Assembly (NCBI GenBank): GCA_964457405.1
Contig: CAYWEP010000001.1
Location: forward strand, 1 to 44,231
DNA: 44,231 bases
Reading direction: 5' to 3'
From: an uncultured Gammaproteobacteria bacterium
GTDB lineage: Bacteria; Patescibacteriota; Microgenomatia; Levybacterales; UBA12049
A model generated the notes under the pieces. That model was given only the letters and a program-made list of their open reading frames with translations. It was not told the DNA's origin and made no database searches. The position numbers were made by a program, and so were the translations under genes. Of the stretch, positions 24,963 through 32,295 are shown piece by piece. The first letter of the stretch is position 1. Each line of letters opens with the position of its first letter.

Positions 24963-25964
24963 TTATGCAAAAAATGACTTCCGAAAGTCAATGATCGATT
25001 GCTTGATCGAGGACTTTTTCCACCACCATTCGTTCGCTTTATACCATTGCACCGTTTCCTGGAGCCATCGTTCAAAGCCGTGTTTGGGCTTCCAACCGAG
25101 CTTTCGGATTTTTGTGTCATCGAGCGCATAACGAAAATCGTTTACTGCACGGTTCCATACAAAATCGATCCAGGATTTATCCTTTCTCAGAATTTTGAGA
25201 ATATGGAGTGTAATCTCCAGGTTTGTTTTCTCTTCTCCGCCGACGCAATAACTTTCCCCGATTCTTCCTTTTTTCAACACGATATCAATGGCCCGGCAAT
25301 GATCCACCACAGCAAGCCAGCTGCGGATATTCTCGCCCTGACTCATAAGCGGCGCTTTTTTTTCGGTCAGAAGTCTCGTGATAAATCGGGGAATCAGCTT
25401 TTCCGGATCCTGGTACGGACCGTAATTATTTGCGCAATTGGTGATTGTTATCGGCAATCCGTACGCGGTATAGTACATTTTGACGAGTAAATCCGATGCA
25501 GCCTTAGACGCGGCATACGGGCTGCGCGGCTGGAGGGGTGATTTTTCATTAAAGGGCGGATCGTGCGGTCCAAGCTCTCCATACACTTCGTCGGTCGATA
25601 CGTGGTGAAACCGCTTCCTTCCGTGGCGCAGACATGCGTCCAAGAGTACCCCCGTTCCCAAAACATTCGTCTGAACAAAAATCATGGGGTCCTCAATCGA
25701 ACGATCCACATGACTTTCTGCAGCAAAATGCACAACGGCGTCGGCTTCTTTTATGGCAAAATTTACATCTGCCCTGTCATTGATGTCGCCTTTCATGAAG
25801 GTATAGCGGGGATTTTTTTCAACGCTGTGAAGGCTCTCTCGTCTTCCCGCATACGTCAGTTTGTCCAAATTTATGATTCGGTCCCGGGGATAGCGCCCAA
25901 GCCAATAGAGTATAAAATTTGCGCCGATAAAACCGGCGCCGCCGGTCACTAGAAGAGTTGCCAT
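24963..25964 (-). CDS. rfbB: dTDP-glucose 4,6-dehydratase
   Basis: The ORF track extends to 26078, but 'MATLLVTGGAGFIGANF' starting at ATG 25964 is the canonical N-terminus and leaves a 53-nt gap to the upstream gene. 'HVSTDEVYG', 'PYAASKAASDLLV', 'ITNCANNYGPYQDPEKLIP' and 'RSWLAVVDHC' are RfbB/RmlB signatures. Confidence 0.9.
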   Translation of the reverse strand: MATLLVTGGAGFIGANFILYWLGRYPRDRIINLDKLTYAGRRESLHSVEKNPRYTFMKGDINDRADVNFAIKEADAVVHFAAESHVDRSIEDPMIFVQTNVLGTGVLLDACLRHGRKRFHHVSTDEVYGELGPHDPPFNEKSPLQPRSPYAASKAASDLLVKMYYTAYGLPITITNCANNYGPYQDPEKLIPRFITRLLTEKKAPLMSQGENIRSWLAVVDHCRAIDIVLKKGRIGESYCVGGEEKTNLEITLHILKILRKDKSWIDFVWNRAVNDFRYALDDTKIRKLGWKPKHGFERWLQETVQWYKANEWWWKKSSIKQSIIDFRKSFFA

Positions 25965-26017
25965 TCCAAAAAAAATTCTAGCCGAAAAAGACCGAAATAG
26001 CAAGCCGGAAGCCCCGA

Positions 26018-26743
26018 CTAGAGGCGTCCTGTGGCTATTTTCCACCGAAGCTTGAGCATACTGACAAAGGTCCTCCAAACGACATCGATACCGGTATTTT
26101 TGTTGTCGCCGCCATAGCGCGGCCGATAGGGTGCGGAGGCCTCACCTATTTTCAGGCCCTTCCGTTTAAATTTGACCAGACTCTCAACCAAAAGAAAGAT
26201 ACCGCCGCGTGCATCAAGCCGGAGTTTTTGTACTTCTCTGGTCTTCCAGATGTATACCCAGTGAACATCCTCGTGGGTAATACCAAACAATGCCCAATAA
26301 AGAATGAGCGTGCCGTAGGAAAGAACTGTTCTGTACAGACTATAGTCAATACGCCGGCCCCGTATACCCAACACCAAGTCATAATGCTGCATAATTCGTA
26401 TGCAGTTCACCATGTCGCGAATCAGGTCCTGACCGCCGGCATGCAGATATGCTACATACTGCTTTCGCGCCGCTCGTAAGCCCGTAATCATTGCCTTATT
26501 GAATCCGCCGTGCCGTTGGTGTAGAACGCGCACTCTTCGGTTTTTTTTCGCGAATGACTCGGCAATCAGAGGAGTCCTATCTGTTGATCCGTCATCAACG
26601 ACTATCACTTCAAAATTGCGCACTGCCCGGGGCAAGTCTCTCAGGGTGTCCCGGAGCACAAACCCTAAACTTTCCTCCTCGTTGAATGCCGGAATAACGA
26701 CCGAAAGGCTTATGCGCTTATGCAATGGTTTATTTGACTTCAT
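26018..26743 (-). CDS. Glycosyltransferase family 2 (GtrB/Dpm1-like N-domain), tandem copy 1
   Basis: 241 aa. Motifs seen: 'LSVVIPAFNEEESLGFVL', 'VIVVDDGSTDRT', 'RRVRVLHQ' and 'NKAMITGL'. It aligns end to end with 26759..27487. Confidence 0.8.
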   Translation of the reverse strand: MKSNKPLHKRISLSVVIPAFNEEESLGFVLRDTLRDLPRAVRNFEVIVVDDGSTDRTPLIAESFAKKNRRVRVLHQRHGGFNKAMITGLRAARKQYVAYLHAGGQDLIRDMVNCIRIMQHYDLVLGIRGRRIDYSLYRTVLSYGTLILYWALFGITHEDVHWVYIWKTREVQKLRLDARGGIFLLVESLVKFKRKGLKIGEASAPYRPRYGGDNKNTGIDVVWRTFVSMLKLRWKIATGRL

Positions 26744-26758
26744 ATCCTGGTTCGTATT

Positions 26759-27487
26759 TTATGTTTTTCCGGTTATAATTTCCCACCACAAGCAGAGAAC
26801 ACTCTTCAGTGTCCGTATAATTACCTTTATTTTCACTGCTTTTTGCTCTCCGCCCATCCGCGATCGGTACTGAACCGGTGGCATCTCGAGAATTTTGAGC
26901 CCCTTTCGCCGGAAGCGGACAAGACTTTCTACCAGTAAAAACACACCGCCGGTCGGGTCGAGCTGAAGTTTTTGTATTTCTTTTGTCCTCCAAAAATATA
27001 CCCAGTGCGGATCTTCATACCGGAGTCCAAAAAGAATAAAGTACAAAACAAACCCGCCGTAGTGAAAAAACAGCCGCAGAGGACTATAGTCCGCCGGTTT
27101 CCCCCGCCCGACAAGAATGAGATCATACTTGGAAAGATGCGTGTAGCAATTCCAAAAATCATCAATCAAATTCTGGCCGTCCGCCTGCATGTAGCCGACA
27201 TACTCCTTCGTAGCCGCGGAAATCCCCGTGATCATCGCCTTGTTGTACCCTGCGTTCGGCTGATGTATAACGCGCACCCTCCTGCTCCTTTTTGCATAAG
27301 AGTCAGCGATTTCACCCGTCGTGTCGGTCGATCCGTCGTCGACCACGATAATTTCATAATCTCGAAAATATTTAGGTAACTGCTTGAGCGAGTCTTTCAG
27401 GACAAACCCTAGGCTCTCCTGTTCGTTGTATGCAGGAATAACGATAGCGAGACTTGGATGTACCAGCGGACGCACCTGGCGTTTCAT
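26759..27487 (-). CDS. Glycosyltransferase family 2 (GtrB/Dpm1-like N-domain), tandem copy 2
   Basis: 242 aa. Motifs seen: 'LAIVIPAYNEQESLGFVL', 'IIVVDDGSTDTT', 'RRVRVIHQ', 'NKAMITGI', 'HWVYFW' and 'LLVESLVRFRRKGLKI'. Confidence 0.8.
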   Translation of the reverse strand: MKRQVRPLVHPSLAIVIPAYNEQESLGFVLKDSLKQLPKYFRDYEIIVVDDGSTDTTGEIADSYAKRSRRVRVIHQPNAGYNKAMITGISAATKEYVGYMQADGQNLIDDFWNCYTHLSKYDLILVGRGKPADYSPLRLFFHYGGFVLYFILFGLRYEDPHWVYFWRTKEIQKLQLDPTGGVFLLVESLVRFRRKGLKILEMPPVQYRSRMGGEQKAVKIKVIIRTLKSVLCLWWEIITGKT

Positions 27488-27574
27488 GAGCGTATTATAA
27501 ACAAACTCGTTTCATACACAAGCAGAGGCTCCTATGAGTGCACCGGAGAAGTTTTTTGTGCTACTATACGGCGT
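27488..27574. promoter_or_regulatory. 87-bp divergent spacer with -10-like hexamers 6-7 nt from both ATGs
   Basis: On the minus strand a perfect TATAAT (plus-strand coordinates 27494..27499) is followed by 6 nt and then ATG 27487. On the plus strand TGcTACTAT (27559..27567, an extended -10-like element) is followed by 7 nt and then ATG 27575. Neither gene has a Shine-Dalgarno-like purine run. Confidence 0.4.
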
Positions 27575-28231
27575 ATGAAAAATTTCCAGAATATCCGCAA
27601 CAAGGCGATATCCCTGTATTCAACCAACCCGTGGGAAACCTTCCTTTCACATTTTAAATTCTGGGAGGAGCCGTATGAGGTGGTCGACCGCATGATCCCA
27701 GAAACCGGCACGATCATTGAGCTGGGATGCGGCGAGGGCCTGTTGTCAAACTATCTGGCTCTGTCGTCTCCGAAGCGAAAAATTATCGGCATTGAAATAG
27801 TCCCCGAGCGCATGGAACGCGCCAAAAAAGGACTGCCCAACGCAGTCTATAGGGTCGGGGACATCGTCAAAACTAAATTTCCCAAAGCAGATGTGTTTAT
27901 TCTTTTTCATGTTCTGCATCACTTACCGGGGAAACCTGCACAGGAACTGGTGTTGGAAAAAGTAAAAAGGGCCCTCAAGAGTCGGGGGAAGCTCATCATC
28001 GTTGAAGTCCATATCCAGCCATCGGTAAAGTATCTTGCGGCGTGGATTGCGGATCACTTTCTGGTCCCCTGGGTGTTTGAAAAACGGTTCTTCACGCGAG
28101 CGTATTTTCGAAGCCAAAGAGAATGGGCGACGCTTCTTGCGAGTCTCGGCTTCCGGTCGCGCATTTCCGAAGAAATTAAAGGTAGACCATTTCCCAATAT
28201 TATCTTTGAGTGTTTTCCCCGTTCCTTGTAG
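27575..28231 (+). CDS. Class I SAM-dependent methyltransferase
   Basis: The ORF track starts at 27458, inside the divergent gene. I place the start at ATG 27575 (MKNFQNIRNKA...). Motif I is 'IIELGCGEGLLSNYL'; 'ADVFILFHVLHHL' and 'LKSRGKLIIVE' also fit. Confidence 0.8.
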   Translation: MKNFQNIRNKAISLYSTNPWETFLSHFKFWEEPYEVVDRMIPETGTIIELGCGEGLLSNYLALSSPKRKIIGIEIVPERMERAKKGLPNAVYRVGDIVKTKFPKADVFILFHVLHHLPGKPAQELVLEKVKRALKSRGKLIIVEVHIQPSVKYLAAWIADHFLVPWVFEKRFFTRAYFRSQREWATLLASLGFRSRISEEIKGRPFPNIIFECFPRSL

Positions 28232-29054
28232 GCCGGTACCCCGTAAAAAAAGCAACGGCAAAACCGAGGCCTCCGGCAAAAAACTTTGTCACCGTCATAA
28301 CGACTAACCCTGCGGTCAAAACCGGATGGCGGAGTATAGTCGGAAAATGCCGGACATAACTCCCCCGCAGGGGACTAAACTGCAGCAAAGAAACGAAACG
28401 GTGCTTGCGAAAGTAAAATAACATTTGTTTGCCGTACCAATAGTGCTTGCGATAAATATCCCCTAAAGACCTGGGTTCGCCTAGATGCCGTTCAATTGCG
28501 CGAATTCTCCCCCAACGGAATCCCGCCGCTACAAATCTGTTGTGGAAGTCATAGTCCTCCGGGCCGTACAATGATTCATCAAAACCACCGATATGTTCCC
28601 AGGATTTCTTCGTAAAAAATCGGACCGCAACGATAAGTGAGTCATCTATATACGTGTTGCGTTCAAGCTTTCTCACTTCTGCCCAAAAACCCAAACCATC
28701 TGCTGAAGTATTGTGAACTGCAATGCCGTCCAATTTCTGCTTCTCACTTGCTTCGACACATTGACGTATGACATCGGGATCTACCACAAAGTCCGAATCC
28801 ACACGATAGAGGTACTTCCCCTTTGCATGACGGCTACCGAAATTTATTTGCGCGGATCGCTCTGGACCGTGCGTATAGATCTTCTTCGTGTATCGCTTTG
28901 CGATGTTGACTGTTTCATCTTTTGATCCCCTATCGACGACAATAATCTCAACGTGTTTATATGTCTGCTGTTTGAGGCTCTCGAGCGTCTGACCTATAGT
29001 TGAAGCAGAATTAAAACTTGGGATAATGACGGTAACCAATGGCAATCCTTTCAT
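28200..29054 (-). CDS. Glycosyltransferase family 2 with C-terminal hydrophobic segment
   Basis: 284 aa. 'VTVIIPSFNSASTIGQTLESLKQQTYKHVEIIVVDRGSKDET' is the GT2 N-terminus. The C-terminus 'HPVLTAGLVVMTVTKFFAGGLGFAVAFFTGY' is hydrophobic. Its 3' end overlaps the convergent methyltransferase by 32 nt. Confidence 0.85.
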   Translation of the reverse strand: MKGLPLVTVIIPSFNSASTIGQTLESLKQQTYKHVEIIVVDRGSKDETVNIAKRYTKKIYTHGPERSAQINFGSRHAKGKYLYRVDSDFVVDPDVIRQCVEASEKQKLDGIAVHNTSADGLGFWAEVRKLERNTYIDDSLIVAVRFFTKKSWEHIGGFDESLYGPEDYDFHNRFVAAGFRWGRIRAIERHLGEPRSLGDIYRKHYWYGKQMLFYFRKHRFVSLLQFSPLRGSYVRHFPTILRHPVLTAGLVVMTVTKFFAGGLGFAVAFFTGYRPTRNGENTQR

Positions 29055-30319
29055 AGCGCGTTTCTGCCAATGCCAAAAACTTTCTTTCCGACCTTCTTCA
29101 AAAAGAAATTCCTGCCGTCGACAACGACCGTATCTCCCGACACGAAACTCCGATACTCCTCTGCGAGCTGTGCATGGTCGCTTCCTACAACAAAAATATC
29201 AACCGGTTCCTTCTTTCCCGCGGTAACGTTCATCTTTTGAAGCTCGGCCGCGGTAAACAACGGATCATATACTGTAACGGGAATCTTCATGCCTTGTAAG
29301 ATGTGTAAAAGCCGCATCACCGGGCTCTCTCTCATGTCCTTCACGTCTTTTTTATACGTGATCCCATAGACAAGCACCCGCATACCGGCCCGGTAGACAT
29401 CGGCAATCTTTTTGGCAGTAAAGTGAGCCATGGATTCGTTGTCGATAAGTGCCTGGGTGATAAGCGGCAATGACACGCGTTTTTTCTTCCCGAGCTCCAC
29501 CAAATACCACGGGTCAACCGGTATGCAATGGCCACCGACTCCTAGGCTCGGATAGTGCGCATGGAACGACCATTTCGTTTTTGCCGCTTCTATCACCTCA
29601 AGGATGTCCACATGAATTGATTCAGCGAGCTGTGCACACTCGTTGACAAGCGCTATATTGACTGCCCGATACGTATTTTCAAGCATTTTTGTCATCTCCG
29701 CCGCTTCAAGACTCGAAACCGCGACAACATCGGACGACAGGACGCTCTCATACAGCGCCTTTGCAAGATCCAGACTCTGAAGGTCGCGACCACCGACAAC
29801 CTTGGTAATATTTGCGACATTTTTCTCTGTATTGCCGGGATCTATTCTCTCGGGGGAACATGCGAGAAAATACTTGCCTGCAAATTGTCCGAATTCCTCC
29901 CTGGTCGTCCCCGGTGCCACCGTGGATTCGTTGATAATAAGCTTTCCCGCAAGCGAAATCTTTGCAAGTTTCCCTGCAACATCCCGAATCGGTGTGAGAT
30001 CTGGCTGTTTTTTTTCATCAACGGGGGTCGGTACGCAAACAATATATACATCCTGACTTTCCAAAGGCCTCCCATCGATATGCTCAATATTGAGAGCGCC
30101 GTGCTGGACCAATCGACGAAGTTCAGTTTCCGAAACGGCCTCAATACCGGAAATTCCCTTCATCAGTTGGTCTAATTTCTTCCATTCTCCCCCAAACCCT
30201 GAGACACGAAAGCCCTTTTTTGCAAACAGAACCGCAAGCGGCAAGCCAACATACCCCAGGCCGATAACTCCGATGGCAGCCTGTTTCGTAGCGATTTTAT
30301 TCGAGAGTTCTGCACTCAT
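29051..30319 (-). CDS. Nucleotide-sugar 6-dehydrogenase (UDP-glucose/GDP-mannose dehydrogenase family; WecC/Cap5O/TviB-like UDP-HexNAc subgroup by catalytic motif)
   Basis: 422 aa. The Rossmann motif is 'IGVIGLGYVGLPLAVLFAKKG'. The catalytic Cys sits in 'GVGGHCIPVDPWYL'. From memory, 'GGHCI.VDP.Y' is the form seen in UDP-ManNAc/GlcNAc/GalNAc dehydrogenases, whereas UDP-glucose and GDP-mannose dehydrogenases carry 'GGSC(F/L)(P/Q)KD'. Confidence 0.8.
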   Translation of the reverse strand: MSAELSNKIATKQAAIGVIGLGYVGLPLAVLFAKKGFRVSGFGGEWKKLDQLMKGISGIEAVSETELRRLVQHGALNIEHIDGRPLESQDVYIVCVPTPVDEKKQPDLTPIRDVAGKLAKISLAGKLIINESTVAPGTTREEFGQFAGKYFLACSPERIDPGNTEKNVANITKVVGGRDLQSLDLAKALYESVLSSDVVAVSSLEAAEMTKMLENTYRAVNIALVNECAQLAESIHVDILEVIEAAKTKWSFHAHYPSLGVGGHCIPVDPWYLVELGKKKRVSLPLITQALIDNESMAHFTAKKIADVYRAGMRVLVYGITYKKDVKDMRESPVMRLLHILQGMKIPVTVYDPLFTAAELQKMNVTAGKKEPVDIFVVGSDHAQLAEEYRSFVSGDTVVVDGRNFFLKKVGKKVFGIGRNAL

Positions 30320-30326
30320 AGAATAG

Positions 30327-31289
30327 TTATTGGCGAGAAAACAGAGTACGAAAATAGACGATGGTATCTTTGAGGCCGTCCTTCAGATTGACGGATGGGT
30401 GCCAATCCAATAGCTTTTCCGCCTTGGCAATATCCGGCATCCGTCGCGATGGATCATCCGGCGGCCGCGGCAGAAAAGAAATTCTGGAGGAAGAACCCGT
30501 CAGTGAGAGGACTAAACTTGCAACATCCAAGATGCGCACCTCCTCTGGGTTGCCGAGGTTGACTGGCGATCTTTCACTGCTCTCCATAAGTCGCACCAAT
30601 CCATCCACCAGATCCTTGACAAAGCAAAATGATCTGGTCTGCGTACCGTCGCCGTGCACGGGTAACGGGCTTTCCGAGAGGGCCGATATCACAAACCTGG
30701 GTACCACACGGCCGTCTTTAGGAGATGAGTTGGGTCCGTATGTGTTAAATATGCGGGCAATTCTTGTCTCGAGGCCGAATTCCCTGGTATAGGCGGCAAC
30801 CAGAGCTTCCCCAAAGCGTTTCCCTTCATCGTAGCCGCTTCGAACTCCAATGGGATTAACGTTCCCCCAGTACGATTCTTTCTGTGGGTGTTCGAGCGGA
30901 TCACCATAAACCTCACTTGAAGAGGCAAAAAGAATTTTTGCTTTTCCTTTTTTTGCAAATTCAAGAATGTTATGAAGCCCCAGACTATTTACCGTAGCCG
31001 CTTCTACGGGATGAGCACTGATGTAGTCGACACTTGCTGGGCTTGCCAAATCGTATATTTCGCTGATGTCAAAACGCGTCAGATCAGCAAAAAAACGCTC
31101 GTTCCGTATGTCACCCTCAACAAACTGAAATGAAGAGTTCGTTTCCAGAGAAGCAATGTTGCTCCTGTTTCCCGTAGCCAGATTGTCAACAGAAACCACG
31201 CTGTTCCCCCGATCTAAAAGTGTACGGCAGACGTGGGAGCCGATAAACCCCGCGCCTCCGGTAACCAACACCACCTTGTTCTTCGCCAT
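30327..31289 (-). CDS. UDP-glucuronate decarboxylase (UXS)/ArnA-C-terminal-like SDR, copy 2
   Basis: The ORF track extends to 31316 (also an ATG). I prefer ATG 31289 (MAKNKVVLVTGGAGFIGSH...), but the start is uncertain by 9 codons. 'SSSEVYGDP', 'GYDEGKRFGEAL' and 'RIFNTYGP' are near-canonical UXS motifs. Confidence 0.85.
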   Translation of the reverse strand: MAKNKVVLVTGGAGFIGSHVCRTLLDRGNSVVSVDNLATGNRSNIASLETNSSFQFVEGDIRNERFFADLTRFDISEIYDLASPASVDYISAHPVEAATVNSLGLHNILEFAKKGKAKILFASSSEVYGDPLEHPQKESYWGNVNPIGVRSGYDEGKRFGEALVAAYTREFGLETRIARIFNTYGPNSSPKDGRVVPRFVISALSESPLPVHGDGTQTRSFCFVKDLVDGLVRLMESSERSPVNLGNPEEVRILDVASLVLSLTGSSSRISFLPRPPDDPSRRMPDIAKAEKLLDWHPSVNLKDGLKDTIVYFRTLFSRQ

Positions 31290-31389
31290 GGATCCTATTG
31301 TAGCAAACAGCCCCATAAACCGCTATGGACCTACTTGTGGTATCGTATGCTTGCAAGCAAAATCCCTTTCGGTATATACTCGTGCTCAC
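31290..31389. promoter_or_regulatory. 100-bp divergent spacer with promoter-like elements close to both ATGs
   Basis: On the plus strand, TTGCAA (31351..31356), an 18-nt spacer and TATACT (31375..31380) are followed by 9 nt and then ATG 31390. On the minus strand, TACAAT (plus-strand coordinates 31297..31302) is followed by 7 nt ('AGGATCC') and then ATG 31289. The minus-strand string CTACAATAGGA is identical to the 11-mer upstream of ATG 16522. Confidence 0.4.
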
Positions 31390-32295
31390 ATGATTAGCGT
31401 TATCGTTCCGGTCAAAGACGAGGCACGATCGCTCCCTATTCTTCTTTCGGAACTTCGCCAAGTGCTCCGCAGCATTCAAAAAACTCACGAGATAATTTTC
31501 GTTAATGATGGGTCGCGCGATGATACAGGAGCCGTGTTGGATCGTCTTGCGCGGGGCGACGGGCGAATCCGGGTATTTCATTTTCGTGCAAATTTTGGCA
31601 AATCCGACGCACTTGCATTCGGATGGAGTCAGGCCAAAGGCGAGATCCTCGCCATGCTTGATGCGGATCTACAGGATGATCCGAAGGATATCCCTCGTCT
31701 TCTTTATACACTGGAGAAAGGATTCGATTTGGTTTCGGGGTGGCGCAAAAGAAGGCAAGACACGCTCTCGAAACGTATCTCAAGTTATTGCTTTAACATT
31801 GGTACACGGCTCCTCTCGGGCGTTCCCCTTCATGATTATAACTGCGGGCTAAAAGTTATGACCGCGGCTGTTGCCAAAAATCTGCAGCTTCATGGCGAAC
31901 TCCATCGGTTCATTCCCATCCTCGCAGCAAAACAAAAGTATCGGGTGACGGAACAACCGGTAACCAATCGCGCACGTCGCTTTGGCACATCGAAGTTTGG
32001 CATAGGCAGAAGTTGGCGCGCGATCATTGATCTTCTCACGGTCCTGTTTCTCACCCACTATGAGGGCAAGCCCGCGCACTTCTTCGGGCTCTATGGGTTC
32101 CTGCTTACGGCAATCGGTTTTGTGATGAACTCGTATGTCACATATATTCGACTGACTACGGGAACGGTCGGACACAGGACCCCGCTTTTGCTTGCGGGAA
32201 TCCTTCTTATGGTCATCGGCGTTCAACTGGTCTGTGTCGGACTTATTGCCGAACTCGTAACCTCTGTTTCTCGGAAAGAAAAAGATTATTTATAG
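31390..32295 (+). CDS. Polyprenol-phosphate glycosyltransferase, GtrB/ArnC-like GT2 with two C-terminal TM helices
   Basis: The ORF track starts at 31156, antisense to the UXS gene. The real start is ATG 31390 (MISVIVPVKDEARSLPILL...). Motifs seen: 'IIFVNDGSRDDT', 'LDADLQDDPKDIPRLL' and 'HGELHRFIPILA' (the GtrB-family hallmark). The C-terminal TM helices are 'HFFGLYGFLLTAIGFVM' and 'LLLAGILLMVIGVQLVCVGLIAEL'. Confidence 0.85.
   Translation: MISVIVPVKDEARSLPILLSELRQVLRSIQKTHEIIFVNDGSRDDTGAVLDRLARGDGRIRVFHFRANFGKSDALAFGWSQAKGEILAMLDADLQDDPKDIPRLLYTLEKGFDLVSGWRKRRQDTLSKRISSYCFNIGTRLLSGVPLHDYNCGLKVMTAAVAKNLQLHGELHRFIPILAAKQKYRVTEQPVTNRARRFGTSKFGIGRSWRAIIDLLTVLFLTHYEGKPAHFFGLYGFLLTAIGFVMNSYVTYIRLTTGTVGHRTPLLLAGILLMVIGVQLVCVGLIAELVTSVSRKEKDYL

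Noticed and set aside
24999-25490. Long antisense ORFs in the supplied track. Examples: 24999..25490 (163 aa), 25563..25952 (129 aa), 26972..27379 (135 aa), 30361..30792 (143 aa), 31186..31581 (131 aa), 31849..32226 (125 aa) and 27923..28279 (118 aa).
   Set aside because: All lie antisense to, or out of frame within, genes that have strong family signatures. All cluster in the G+C-rich block, where stop codons are rarer. Their translations are low-complexity and Arg/Pro/Ser-rich with no recognisable motifs.
31156-31389. N-terminal extensions in the ORF track: 31156..31389, 25965..26078, 27458..27574, 42924..43007, 3292..3393 and 20754..20786.
   Set aside because: The extensions overlap neighbouring genes and carry no conserved sequence. 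Some start at TTG or GTG. In each case an internal ATG yields the canonical family N-terminus, such as MATLLVTGGAGFIG for RfbB or MISVIVPV for the GtrB-like GT2.
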